From: Podarcis gaigeae
Taxonomy: Eukaryota
Length of the DNA: 64,000 nucleotides
Assembly (NCBI GenBank): GCA_964106915.2
Contig: OZ066923.1
Strand: one strand, 5' to 3'
The notes under the pieces are model-generated. The model ran no database searches and had not been told where the DNA came from. It saw nothing but the letters and a program-made list of their open reading frames with translations. Positions within the stretch are counted from its first letter, which is position 1. Each line of letters begins with the position of its first letter. The position numbers and the translations under genes are program-made. Positions 37,564-50,950 of the stretch are shown piece by piece.

Positions 37564-38289
37564 CTGCTTTGGGGAAAAAACAAAACCGTGCCCATATAAT
37601 TCGGGGTGCCTGTCAAAGCTTTTCAAACCAAAGGTTAAATGTTGTGTTTTAAGTATGATTTTCCAAGTCAACTTAGGGTTTATGAAAGGTGTCTAAAGTG
37701 AAGGTTCTGGTTAATAACGTGCCAGCAGAAATACACTAAATCACCACACTTTCAGCTTGAACCTTGCAAATGTCAAAATGCCCTCGAAGGTCCAAAAAGC
37801 ACCAACTACAACTAATAAGGTATTCCATTCACTAAAGTTTGTACCATTAAGTGCTCCTAATTAACTGCTTTTAAAAAAGGTCATTGAGTGCTCTCCTATA
37901 AACCACTGCTATGTCCAGAAACTAGGACACGTTTATACACATTCATGCACTGAATAAATGACATGTTTTGTCCTAATTCTTGGCACAGCTGCTTTTTTAG
38001 AAACAAACACATACATAGCTCCTTCCCATCATATGTTCTTAAGACTTCCCTGTGATTTTAGAACAATATAGAACAATATACAACACAATGCAGCCAGTAA
38101 GTGTGAAGCTGGGGGTTGAAAAATGTTGCACAAGGAAACAGTCTTAAGGGAAACTTCTCAAATAGCAGCACTTTCAAAAAGGATAAAGATGTTCAAGCAC
38201 AAAATAAATACACTCTATATATGCAAAGAATGGCAAATGCACATAATATCTGCTCCTTATCCTATATGTACACATGGAAGAAGTGAATG

Positions 38290-38797
38290 GGAGAAGATAA
38301 TGAAATGTTAAAACATTTGGGGCTTTTTAGTTTAGAAAAAAAAAGATGAGTCAGGAGGGGCATGATAGACAAAATTATGCATGGTATAATTTCTCATAAT
38401 ACGAGTGTCTAAGGCCATCCAATTAAGCTGAATGTTGGAAGGCTCAGGCCAAATAAAAGAAAATACTTCTTCACACTGTGCATAGTTAAACTATGGAATC
38501 TGCCACCACAAGAGGCAGCAATGGCCATAACCTTGGATAGCTTTAGAAGAGAATTCGCAAATTCATGTAGGAAAAGGCTATCAACGAATAGTAGCCACAA
38601 TGCCCATGTTCTCTCCCCTTCACTGTTCAAAGCAGTATGACCCTGAATACCAGTTTTTGGAATCACAAGTGGGAGAGCATTGTTGCACTTAGGCCCTACT
38701 TGCGGGTTTAGCATAGGCTTTTGGTTGGCCCCTGTGAGAATAGGAAGCTGGATTAGAAGGGCCTTTGGCCTGATCCAGCAAGGCTCTTCATATGCTA
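38290..38797 (+). mobile_element. CR1 LINE 3' end
   Basis: Encodes CR1-type ORF2 end remnants (HLGLFSLEK, KRKYFFT..IVKLWNLPP) followed by a ggcctgatccagca 3' UTR. Confidence 0.8.
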
Positions 38798-39575
38798 ATG
38801 GTGAAGTGGTTGAATGGGTGGGACCTACACAACAGATGTCAAGTTTGTTATTTTATTTGTTTGTTGCATCTATATAGTGCACATAAAACTTTGTTCTCTG
38901 GGCAGTTTACAAGCCCATTAAAAAAAAACTTAAGATGGGCCCATCACTGAAAAGGCCTTCTCCCCAGTGACTGCCTGCCCCACTTCATTGGATGGGGCAA
39001 TGTGAGAAAGGGCATCAAATGAAGATCTCAAGCAAGGACTTCTCAAGGGTCAGAGTTCTGTCACAGACATGCTAATTGCTCAGGTGAGGTGGGAGGCTTA
39101 GCTGGGCCCTTTCGACAAGCAGCTGTTTATTTGGGAACATCCCATGCCATTTTTCTAGAAAAAGGGGTGCTGAAACTCACAATGAACACCTCCCTTGTTC
39201 TCTTATAATGGCAATGGTGCCCACCTGAGAGGTGCTAGAACTGAGTTCTGCCAAAAAAAAAAAAGCCCTGGGAACATCTCATGTCAGAGGAAGCACTGGC
39301 ATATGAAACGGAAAGACTTTATCTTTCAACCCACACTTATGATGTTCTACTCCCGTTAACTCCTAGTGCAATTTTCTCAATTATATGCTAGTTCTCTCTA
39401 TCACAGAGGGAACTAGCATATAAATCAGAGCTAACTGGATGTTTTTAACCCGAAGCTTTATATTTGGTATTTCTTTTGTGAGCCACACAATATCAATACA
39501 TGATTGTAAGACTACTTCCAAGTTATACATTTTATAGCACATAGTAACTAAAGTACAACAATAAAAACATCTCAC

Positions 39576-40044
39576 CTTTGTATGATGTGGCCTATGCCTG
39601 CGGTCAATTGTTACATCACCTCTTTGCACTGGTGAGGACACTTCTGATCTGTAGTTCCTCTGAGGTGAGTATCCTTGGAAACCTGCTATCGAACCATGGG
39701 AAGGTGATGTGGGAATCAAATGCATCGTTTGATCAGATATATTAATCATGGTTTTGGGACTACTTAAAGTACCGTGTCTAGTAAGCGTTGTTTGCTTATT
39801 GTAAAACTGCCGCTGCTGCCACTCGTAGAGTTGCCACATGGTGTCATCTCGCATAGATCTTCTTTTGTCTTCAGTTGGCAGTGATCCAAGGGACTTGTCA
39901 TAAATAGAGGGTGTCACACTGCAGAGGCTTTCCGGCCTGGTTTTGGTATTTCTTGGTAGAGTTCGATAACCTTCTGGATATCGAGGTACAATTTGGGGTC
40001 GATGGCTTGGCATGTTTCTTGGCAATGTCTGATATGAAATTATG
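39576..40044 (-). CDS. PLEKHA5: PLEKHA5 exon (GIISYQTLPRNMPS...DRRHRPHHTK)
   Basis: 469 nt, cag/gtgaga, phase 2 to 0; overlaps ORF 39381..40025. Confidence 0.96.
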
Positions 40045-43000
40045 CTGAAACAAGAATCCTCCTTCAGTAACTCAAAATGTAAGTAGGCACAGGAATAAAC
40101 AACATTTAGTTTTCTTCTTCTCTAGTCTATCTTGAGGGTAACAAATAATTATTGTAACTCCCCCCCATTTGCCACATCTGTTGTGGCTGAGCAGTCAAAC
40201 TCTCAACAAGCCACTTGTTTTAAGTAATAGACTCTGTTTTTTAGTTGTATCATGGATTTATCTGTATCCAAGGAAAACCATCTATGCACTCATCCCTGAA
40301 AGAGGTAGCTGAGATTCCCCTGGTGCCACAGAGGGGATCGCCCACACAACAGTGGGAATAAGATGGGGGAACCCTATGAGCTCCTTGGAAGAAAGCTGGG
40401 TTACAGGCAGCAAAAATACACAATTTCCCATATGTACGGTGAAAAGGAGTATTCACATTGTTGGGGACTCTGCAAATCCCATAGCTACTGGTCTAGGGGA
40501 CATGATCAGTCCCATTTCCTTACTGCTTAGATGGAAACTAACGCTGCAGCAGCCATGCTTCCTCATGGTGATTCACACATAGGTAATGCAAATATGTTTA
40601 AGGGGAAACAATTGTTCTGGCAACCACAACAAGAAGAGGGAAGAAAAACATGCAGAAATGCAGAGGCCTTATCTACCTGTAGTCAATCTATGGAGGATGC
40701 ACAGCCATAAAAATGAGTCTTCTCCACTTAAACATATGCAATGTCTGGCTTTGCTAATCTCTCCTAAGGTTTACCAGCTTTCTTCTATCTCCTTCCCCTT
40801 TTATACTATGGGCTACATTGCACATATCTTAGTTTCAAGGACTATTTTTTTCCTTTCCTGATATACAACTTAATAACCATGAAATCCTCCTTCAGAATTA
40901 TGGTGTGGTGAACTAGTTTTATGGAACAGTTGGCCATCTGTGGCCAATACATGACCTTTTCAATTAATTATATATTTTCAAATTGGCCAAAAGCTCCAGT
41001 CCATTTGATTCATTTCCACCTTATTATAGCTTCATGTGAAGGCAGTGCACTGGGCATGCTTGCAGGTAAGTGTGTGTGTGTGAAAAAACCTGAGGGTGAC
41101 TAAGAATAATTTTTGTGTAAGAGGAGTAAAACAAATTTCTGTGCTCATTAGCAGCTTAGAGGGTGTCATGCTCTTTCATTCTAAGCCTTACACCTTGCTC
41201 CCATTGGTGGATCTTGGGATTCTAGTAAAACACAAAGTAGATTCCATAAGGCTGAACACTGCCTTCCCCTGCTGTACAGCCCCAGGCATTTAAAGTGCTT
41301 TTAAGGGAACTGTTTTGAACACTGAAAACTGAATTGAGGCTATGCAGAGGCAGGATAAAGACAGTTGCAATATTGTTATTATTTCTTTAAAAGGGTTGCA
41401 TTATCTGCTACTTGCCTCGAGGCAACTGCTAATCACCATAGGCAACCAAGTGAGAGTGACAATTTGCAGGCTTAGATAGGAGAGGGAGTAAGAAAGAGGT
41501 CCCCCTACTTAATTTCTACTATTTATATTTGTGCTCCTGAATTTGACTTCCTTTCATTACATTGCCCTAAGTACTGTGCTTTAAAGGTTTAATATCCTAG
41601 CAGTATGTTCAAAGAGAATGGAATTTATTTATTCCAAAGCAGTAAATAATGACATAAACCCCGCCATCTCTCTTTTACAAATTAACTTCAAACAAAGCCA
41701 TCATTTCTAAGTATATGACCTGTGTTAACAATTTCATCCATATTTAACTAACAATATGTTCTCCATGATCAAGAGGATTTGGCTCCTGCCAGTTAATAAT
41801 GTTTTGTAAATAGCTTCTGCTGTTATAAAACTCCAACAATGGAATGAGTTTGTTTGGGAATATAGCCAATGTAATGATAGCATGACAAAACCTTTAAAAA
41901 GAATTCAAATTGAGATAGATTCATAGTTCCTATGCCTGTTTACATTGAAAACAAAACCATTTAATGCAAACATGTGATGAAATGTAAAATATCCCACTCC
42001 TACCCCTTCTTTCTGGGAATACTCGATTCATACTATTATATACCTTAAGTGGTACACATTTAGCACTGTGTCCCAGAATGAACATAATGTTTCTGATCAC
42101 ATAATCATGGTTTGAAGAATGGGACTACGCTGTGCACTTGTGCTTTTCCTCCTTCCCCCTCACACATTAATTTACTTTTTCAAAGTCAACCATAGTGCAG
42201 AGTTATGCCTTTTATTAATAGAGCCCAATTTTCCATGTATGGGTTGTCCCCCCCCCCAAATGTCATTATCAAATTTTGTTTATATGCATGCATACCCTTC
42301 CTTAAGCTACGTATACTTTGCCATGTGTAACACATAAATTAAAACCCCACTAAAACTGGGAGGAAAACTTAACATGGTTACAGCTGGAGGAGGAAGCTGG
42401 GAGGTACGATAAAAATGTGTAAAATGGGTTAAGAAATACATTCTAAAAATCTCAGGGCTCCTCTGTGCAGACTTAGTTTTATGAAAAATTTAAGTAGCCA
42501 TAGCTCTATTTGAGTGACTATTGGATCCAGGATAAAGGATACCCATCACCATGTTAAAGAACATTAAGCCAACTAAGTTCCGACGTCAAAATAAAGCCAA
42601 ATCAAGTAATAGCTCAAGAAAATGACCAATATAACTCAAACTGTTGTCTTCTCCTCAGGTGCAATCGTACCTGAAGTTTGAAACCTCAAACACTTCTTAG
42701 CGCCTTTCATTACCTCATCAAAGTGATATTTCAAGTACAAGTCACATTTAAAGAAGTGGGGACAGGCAATGTTTTGCTTGACCTATCATGTGACTTCTCT
42801 TCCCAAAGCAAACTATGGAACCAGAGTCTTCACACAAATTGGGAGCTGGGAGTTAGAGAAGGAGGTGGGATACTGTGGTGCCACTTCCAGATACTCAAGA
42901 TGAATGCTGGAGTGCAATATTTTATAATAAAAAAACTGAGCAATGAGGACTAGGCACTGCTGTTCAGATTCCTGCCAAGGGTTTGCTGTCATGCGGAACC

Positions 43001-43059
43001 ACAATTTCACATCTTAATACTACTTAGTACTTAGTGGTGTCAATCATTTAGTCACAGCA

Positions 43060-43175
43060 GTGTGCATGCACACGAAAGCTCATACCAAGAACTGACTTAG
43101 TTGGTCTTTAAGGTGCTACTGGAAGGAATTTTTTTTGTTTTGACTATGGCTGACCAACACGGCTACCTATCTGTA
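43060..43175 (+). mobile_element. Penelope-like element terminal fragment
   Basis: gtgtgcatgcacacgaaagctcatacc...gttggtctttaaggtgctactgga...gaccaacacggctac resembles recalled reptile Penelope pseudo-LTR ends. Confidence 0.65.
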
Positions 43176-44317
43176 ATTGGAAATGCACTGTTGGTATTGT
43201 ATAACTTCAACTTTTAACACATCTACAGTATAAAAAGACACATGCCTGTTTTGAACATTTTGATCAGCCAAGTCATGACTTCACACATATGTGCATATTC
43301 TAGGGGAGGAGTCTGCAGCTGTTTTGCTCATCCATGGTCGTTTTGCTGATGCATCAAACTGAGCCTAATTGAGTTTGTGGTTTAGGCTTCCCATACAAAC
43401 AATAAGCTGTAAACCATGGGATGAACCCTTGTTACAGTTCACACTTAATCCAGACAGAAGTAAACCACAAGCCCCTAAGACAAACTATGGCCTAGATCAG
43501 TGTAGCTGAGGAACGAAGAAGCTGTGATCTTCCTTTCGGGAGTCTGCACATTTGTGCTTAGACTTCACTCAGTTTAGCATGATGTGGGAGCCAAGCCATT
43601 GCTTGTAATTTGAAAGAGACCTAATGACTGCATTTTGATGATCATATCTTGGCTTAATTAACAGAGTTATGGAAAAAACCTTGTGCACCAACATACCGTC
43701 ACATTACTCCTCCCTTCACAGAAGCTGGGAAATGAGCCAAGAATGATGGTTTTTGGCTTCCAAACAAGCGAGGGTATGAAACCATATTTTAAAGATGGCT
43801 TCTGAATTCTGGCTTATTTGGAACCCACTAACCATATTTCAGCTATAGCATGAAATTACAGATAACTGATTGCTCCCTGACTTGCTTTCTCACTCACACA
43901 AAGGGAGGGAAAAAAGCTTCTTTGTGTGAGGGAATTAGATTTATTCATACATTGGTTTATTAAACTTAGTTGATCAACAGTATTTTCTGTTACAAAAATA
44001 TAAGGAAAAAGGCTATTCAACATTTTAATCATTGCCTTGCTGAACTGAGAGAGGAGTGTAAATAAGTTTGCAACAGAGCTATGCAACTTAAAACAGTTTT
44101 TTTAAAAAAACACCCTGTTGTAACTCATCCTGGGACCTGCTGGTGAACAGCAGGTAATAAATTTAATGTTGATGATGATGTATAATAATAAGCTCAGCAT
44201 GGAAATGCATGATTTTCATGGAAGAAGTCCAACTCCCAGCATCACCAGCAAGTTTGTGAAAGACTTCTGAGACCATGAAGAGCTACTAACCGAGCTACTG
44301 ATATTAAGATGAGATAC

Positions 44318-44564
44318 AAGAAGAAGAAGAATTTGGACTTGATATCCTGCCTTTCACTCCCCTTAAGGAGTCTCAAAGTGGCTCACAATCTCCTTTCCCT
44401 TCCTCTCCCACAACAAACACTCTGTGAGGTGAGTGAGGCTGAGAGACTTCAGAGAAGTGTGACTAGCTCAAGGTCACCCAGCAGCTGCATGTGGAGGAGC
44501 GGGGAAGCGAACCCGGTTCACCAGATTACGAGTCCACCGCTCTTAACCACTACACCATGCTGGC
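44318..44564 (-). mobile_element. tRNA-derived SINE (Squam3-like)
   Basis: Minus-strand head GCCAGCATGGTGTAGTGGTTAAGAGC, B box GGTTCGCTTCC, (TTC)n tail. Confidence 0.82.
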
Positions 44565-44687
44565 TTAATAGTTTAATAGTTACAACAGGGAAAGTCTTCT
44601 GATGACCGGTTCCACTTTTGCTTCTTAATGAAAGAAAGAAATCTAGAATGAAGAGTGGGACAGAGAAGTAGATAAACAGGGAATAGA

Positions 44688-44810
44688 CCAGGGATATCCA
44701 AAGTGGTGCTCTCCAGATAGACTATAACTCCTATCAGCCCCAATCAGAATGGGCCAATAATCAAGGATGGTGGAAGCTTTAGTCCAGTAACATCTGGAGG
44801 GCACCTTGTT
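44688..44810. mobile_element. Short hairpin MITE, same family as 2120 and 35177
   Basis: ggtgctctccagat...atctggagggcacc inverted symmetry. Confidence 0.6.
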
Positions 44811-44819
44811 GTTTAAAGG

Positions 44820-44922
44820 CAGCCCTGTTTAGGGAAGCTTTTAATGTTTAACAGACCACTGTATTTTAATATTTTGTTGGAAGCTGCCCAGAGTGGCTAG
44901 GGAAACCCAGCCAGATGGGCAG

Positions 44923-44977
<55 letters not shown>
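44820..44977 (+). mobile_element. LINE 3' terminus (probably L2 clade) with an (AAT)n tail
   Basis: ctgcccagagtggctagggaaacccagccagatgggcag stem-loop followed by (AAT)n at 44925-44977. Confidence 0.65.
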
Positions 44978-45282
44978 TCACCATCATCATCTGCCCTTGG
45001 AACAGCCATTCTGGGAAAGATGCCCAACATTTTACATATGATTGTTACAAAAAGTCTATAAGACTTTAGGACAGAGTGCAATATAAATCAAAATAAATTT
45101 AAGTTCTAGATAGGCCTTGAGATGCTGTTTGAAATCCTATATTTTAGCAACAGAGGTAATATAGGATCATTTCAGGAATCCTTTTGCGCTTCAACTAAGA
45201 TTTTACTGTAGCATTAAACAGGGTCACAGTATACACTGAGACCAAGAAGTCAGGATTGGCAAATAATTCTGAAATTACTTAC

Positions 45283-45747
45283 CCTCTTGTTTCTTCATCT
45301 TGCCCCTTTCCTCTCTGTATTTTAATCCATTGTTCCAGCTGAAGCATTGAATTAGTTCTCTGTATAACACGTTCAGATTCTATGTGTGAGTGAATGGTGT
45401 TGTGATGGATTCCATCTCCAGAGTCTCCTAGAATAAGGTTGACAGCTTTCTCTGACCCATTTAAATGAATTGGCCTGTAATGTCCTGATGGAACTGTGTT
45501 TGCTGGCAAAGTCCCATACTCTGACCCCAAAGGATTCAGTTTTACGCTGTTGATTTTTGTTAAAGGTCTATCACGCCCAACTTTTTGAAATCCATATTTT
45601 TCTGCTTCTAAGGCCTTTTTGTCTTCCATTTTGCACACTTCTTTGTTCCGCTGATTATTCTGTGCCTCTGGTTTAATTAGCACTCTGTGGTTTGCAATAT
45701 TATTCACTTCACGAGGTGGTGTGTTTTCAGCAGTCATCTTGTCTGCT
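45283..45747 (-). CDS. PLEKHA5: PLEKHA5 exon (RADKMTAENTPP...IQRTNSMLQLEQWIKIQRGKGQDEETR)
   Basis: 465 nt, tag/gtaagt, phase 2 to 2; within ORF 45279..45812. Confidence 0.96.
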
Positions 45748-47019
45748 CTAAAAAAAGGAAGAAATACACACTGGAGAACAACATCACTAGAAATATGCCG
45801 AAACAGGTACACTTGGGTGTGTTTGGTAAGTAGCGTGCAATTTCTTCAGTCTTAGAATCAAAGAATCATAGAGTTGGAAGGGATCCTGAGGGTCATCTAA
45901 TCCAAACTCTTGCAACTCATGCAGCACTTACAAGCTAGGCAAACATATAGGGTACAAGATTACAGACCTCAACAAAAGTACTGAACTTTGAACCCACACT
46001 GATATATTTGCATCCAGACAGAAAAGCTACTAAGCCATGGTATAATCTCCCTGCTTGAGTACTCTCTGAACAAAGGAAAGAAGTGAAGAGAACAAGGGAT
46101 GATCCTGAACAATCTTTTGCCTAAGCATGATGAGAGATCAGGACTGTGTCTACCTCTGCTACCCATCACTGAGCTCCTGCCCAGCTCTATACTTGCTGGA
46201 TGTCCAGACATGAGCATCAACTCCCCATGTCTACAGCCTCCTTCACAGGTTACTTGCATGAAGGGGCAATGTTCATAGAGAGGGGCACGAGGATCCACCA
46301 TTGGCCCTCTCCCAATAATGAGAAGCCTGCCCCAACCTTGCCCTTGATGTCCATGAATTAGGCACAAACATTTTCAAGAGAAAAGCCTACATGAATAAAT
46401 CTCTATTGTGTATGACCAGGACTCCAACTCCCATGCTTATAGACATCTATGTCAGAGGTGGGGCCAACAGCATACTCCCGTTGCCCTGAGCATTTCTAAA
46501 TATTGTGTGAGAGGAGCTTATATGCAATATACATGCAACTCACAATCTCACACTGTGCAATCAACATCACATAACATATTATATGCCTTGGATTTTGACA
46601 AAATGAATCCAGAAAGGCTCCTATATGTAACATATGGGATAGGGCATGCCTGTGTTTAATATTTACTTATTACATTTGTATGCTGCACAATAGATCAAGG
46701 ATTGTATCCAATGCTGGATATCACCAGAATTGATAGAACTGACATGACTTCCCATTCCCCTTCTTTCTCCATGCATCCCCAATATCTGATCTGGTATCAA
46801 CACCTTGGAGAATATTTTCAGGGTGTGTAGGGGTGGAATGCTAAGTTCTGTTGCAGACGTGGCAGTCTCTTGTATGAACAGAATTGTAGCATTGGATGAA
46901 ACCCTAGAAAGCAACACCAAAGATCAAGAACAGAAATCTGAGCAACAGACTGAACACAGCAGAGATAAAGCAATTGGTGATGTCCCATGCTAGTCTTAAT
47001 TCAATCCAAACAACTTTAT

Positions 47020-47490
47020 TGTACTAGCCATTGGCCATGACAAATCTGAATCAAAAATAAATACAAGCAAAAGGGGTGTTGCGCCACAAATAATGGTCCC
47101 TATTTAGATCTCTGTGTCTCCCTTACAGTTCACTGCTATATTGTCCAGGGTCTTCTTTCTGATCTTTTTGGCCACCAAAGCAAAAAAGGCGACTTTATGA
47201 GTCACTGAAGCATTTATATAGCTAAGAAACCATAGAATCTTCTCTGCTGGGGAGAGACATCTTTCCTGTGTGGACGGTAGGGTAAGAAACCGCCTTCTGA
47301 GTCAAATGTATAGTGGGCAATATAGTAAATAGTGCAACCTGTGGTTGCCCACATAAACAGAGTCTGTCTTTGTATGGTACCCTGTTATATTGTCCATCAA
47401 GGACAGCAGAGGGCATAGCTGAAAAATGCAACTCAGTAAAAGCAAGTCTAAATGAGGCTGGCTGGAGATTGGCCTCTAAAATGGGCAGTT
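47020..47490 (-). mobile_element. Degenerate non-LTR retrotransposon C-terminal fragment (family not determined)
   Basis: Peptide FRLAFTELHFSAMPSAVLDGQYNRVPYKDRLCLCG resembles LINE C-terminal Cys-rich ends. Confidence 0.55.
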
Positions 47491-50400
47491 TTTAGAAGGG
47501 GGATAGTCATAATTCAGAACAGATTCATTGACATCAGTGGTCTTAAAGCCTACTGATTTCTATGGGTCTACTTGATCACTTATGTTGGATATCACTCACT
47601 GTCTTAGATGCAGCACTAGAAGAAACTACTACTACTTAAATTCTGTGTTTGATATAACTATTAACACAGGGAACAGCCCCAACTGCAGTATTCAATCTGA
47701 CAGCTATGCAAGGGGATAAAAATTTGAAGGCAAAATTTTCAGACTTCATAGTATTGAAAAAGCACACTTTGACTTCTTTTTAGCAGTTAAAGCCTCTGAA
47801 ATCCTCATTAATTTCAAGCTATCTTTTGTGATGGAGCAATATACTGAGCTGTCTAGCTCCTGGACCTCCTGTGCCACACATTCAGTAGATAAAGGGAAAT
47901 ATTATCCTATTTTAAACTTTACATGGTCACTGACATCATCAATTTGCTTCATTTGGCAAGTTTCATGTCAGTTATTATTCATCTTTGGGAAAACACTTGT
48001 GGCTTCTATAATTACAGTGGGGAAAATATCTGCTGACTTGAACTGTGGTGTAAAATAATTGTATTTAACAGAAACAGCTGCACTGTTAGCATATTTATCC
48101 TGAATTTACCCATTCAGATGTTGGCAGATCCACCGCTCTTATTAAATTTTAGAGGCTTGCTTTCACCACCATCCCACTTTTTCTTTCATTCTCGTCTTCC
48201 AACTAGAATACTGCATTTAAGTAGGCCAATCCTCTCTCCAGTCCCAGTCCCACAACCTGCTGAGTTCTCCCTCTCTTCCACCAATCTATTTTACTCACAT
48301 ACATTGTGTCAGCTGGCTCCTCCTTTCTGCTTAAAATTTCAATCTTGTTGTTCCTACTTTTGAAATACTTTCCTCCTCATAAGAAATCCTGCATTCAGCT
48401 CCTGATTTCATCTTCTTTACATTTTGGTCATGTTCTTACCTTCCAAGCCTGTTCTGTCTGTTCTTTATATCTTATTTCCCTTTCACTCCTTCCCCTTGAG
48501 ATATAGGACACTGCCCCTTTTCTGGTTCTCCTGTTATAACTGCTAATTGTTGTCCTGTCCCTTTTCATCTTTCCCAATCTCCGTAAGAATCCACCAGAGC
48601 AATCAACAATTTTCATATCTGCTAAAGTTTCAGCTACCATCTTCAAGTGGATTACTTTTTTCCTAAATTAATCTCTCACCTTGCCCAATCCTACTGAACT
48701 GTCAAATCAACTGTTCTTCCTAGATGCCTCACTGACATTTCAAAAATAATATGGGTATGAAGACAAGTATCTTTATGCTCCAACTCTTTCCTCTCCAGTT
48801 ACCACTGTTATTTTCACTTCTCATTCACTGCAAGGGGGGGGGGGTCATCTTTACCTGTCACCATATACATTCTCCCACTTCATTACTGGCCAAAGTTAAT
48901 CTGTAATGAATTGTTTTCAAATGTCCTGCCTTCAATTAACTCTTTTCACACAGACTCATTCATCTATTGAGAAATCCTGGTGGCAAGGATTTGCTGGTGA
49001 TTTTAACGTAATTAGCACCACTCTCTCTAACCCCCCCCCCCATTGCCTATTCTAGCAAGCCTGTCTGCTGGTATGTCTGCTTAATGTCTTTGGCAACTCC
49101 TGCCTTCCCCAAATATTAGGGGAACATTATCATTCATCTTCCCCTAAACTTTCCAATGCCTAGGTGATGATTTATTTGTTTATACAGTGCTATATCATAT
49201 AAATATCAAAACAATGTATAACAATATCTATATATAATAAGAACACACAGATATTAAAAATCAAAGATCATGATTTGCTTAAAGTTGTCAGGTAACCAAT
49301 GGTAACCAGTGTTCTATTCCACTTTGAAGCATTTTGAAATAATCCCCACCCCAAAAGTATTCATGGAACAAGCCCGTTTGGGGACCCTGATTTTATCTCA
49401 TCTTAAAGTCATCTATCTAAGCAATCCTAGACATTTACAGTCTTATACAGAATTCAAATTACCATTTCTTTTATACATATATGGGCTTGATTCCTTTTAA
49501 AGCAACTCTTTTTAAATCACAATACTGTCCTTTGTTCTTGATCTATCTCCCTACTCATGCCTAAAACATTGATATCATTCTTTCTCCATGAACGAGACTT
49601 GGGTCACAACCACAACTTTCCTGCAACTACAAATTACAGGAGGGGATCAGTAATGGAAAACAAGCTCTGAGTCATGGAAGGCTGTCTGCTCGTAGCCTTT
49701 TCATTGAGAAACCCCAGTTCACCAGAAAAGGATTTCAAAACTATAGGTCTAAATTCTAGATTGTTGCAGCCTATTCCTTGTGGGACTTGCCCCCCTGTCA
49801 TCATCTTTTCCTTAAACTGAATTTTAAAAGACATCTGCTAAAATCATGTATTTTCTGTTGTTATGCTCAAGTCATTCTGATGCTTCCTTCAAAGCCTGAA
49901 GTCCTAGCATGCATTACGCTCCACCCTTCCTCCACTGACTGTATGTCCCTTTATTCTTTATTCCATTCTTAATGGAATAAAGTTTTAGGATACAGTCAAT
50001 CTGGGATAGCAGTGAGATTTCAATAATAATACAACTTGCTGGTAGAAGATAGTGTTTGATAGTTTACTTGCATATGATGCCAAAATTGCCAAAAATTATA
50101 GGCAATGAATATGGGATATCATTTATTGAAATTTCAGCACAACATTGAAAGTTGTTGTAGCAAAGCATAATTTAACTGATAAAGGAAAAGCAACAGTGTT
50201 TTGGAAAATGTCAGTGCATTCTTACGAGTGACCTAAATTAGGGAAATAATCAAAGTTGTAACCACATGGGAGCTTGTTTCATCGTTTGAGTGACAAGTTT
50301 AAATGGGCTTTTGCTTATTTAAAACAGTTAGGATTAATTATTCTCAATAGACCCCTCAGGACATTATTAAACCTGAGTCTACTTATAACAGAAAAAACTC

Positions 50401-50535
50401 CACCAGACCTCGATCTGTGAGACTACTTACAATTAAGTCTCTAAGGCCAAATAGCTTCAATAACATGTGTATTATATATATTCATTGCTACTGAGCAGAG
50501 ATCTAGAAAATATATTATATTGTTAAAGATACACA

Positions 50536-50950
50536 GAAACATAAGAATAAGAGGAGAACCTTGCTAGTTCAGGCTAAAGGCCTTCTTCTAGAGCCCAGCA
50601 TTTTATCCTCACAATGGACAACCAGATGCCCATGGGAAGCCCACAAGCAGGATCTGAGTGCAACAACAATTTCTGTATATAGCGGCTGGTATTCAGAAGA
50701 ATACTGCCAATGACAGTGGAGGCAGAACATACTAGCCATTGTGGCTAGTAGTCACTGTTAGCCTTGTCCTCCAAGAATCTGTCTAATCCCCCTTAAAACT
50801 GTCCAAGTTGGTGGCCATTGCTACATATTGGAGGGGCAAATTCCATGTGCTGTACTTTCTCTTATTTGTCCTGAATCTTCTAATATGCAGTTTCACTGGA
50901 TGTCCCCAAGTTTTACTATTATGGGCAAGAGAGAAACCTTTCCACTTTCT
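50536..50950 (-). mobile_element. CR1 LINE 3' end
   Basis: Starts with an acataagaataaga tail; body similar to the reverse complement of 38450-38797. Confidence 0.75.

Noticed and set aside
48440-48457. 18-nt AG...GT segment as the PLEKHA5 micro-exon (recalled ITFNFR) after the PH domain
   Set aside because: It has no pyrimidine tract, the peptide does not match, and it lies in a probable old L2 remnant. I did not find that micro-exon anywhere in 45748-52520.
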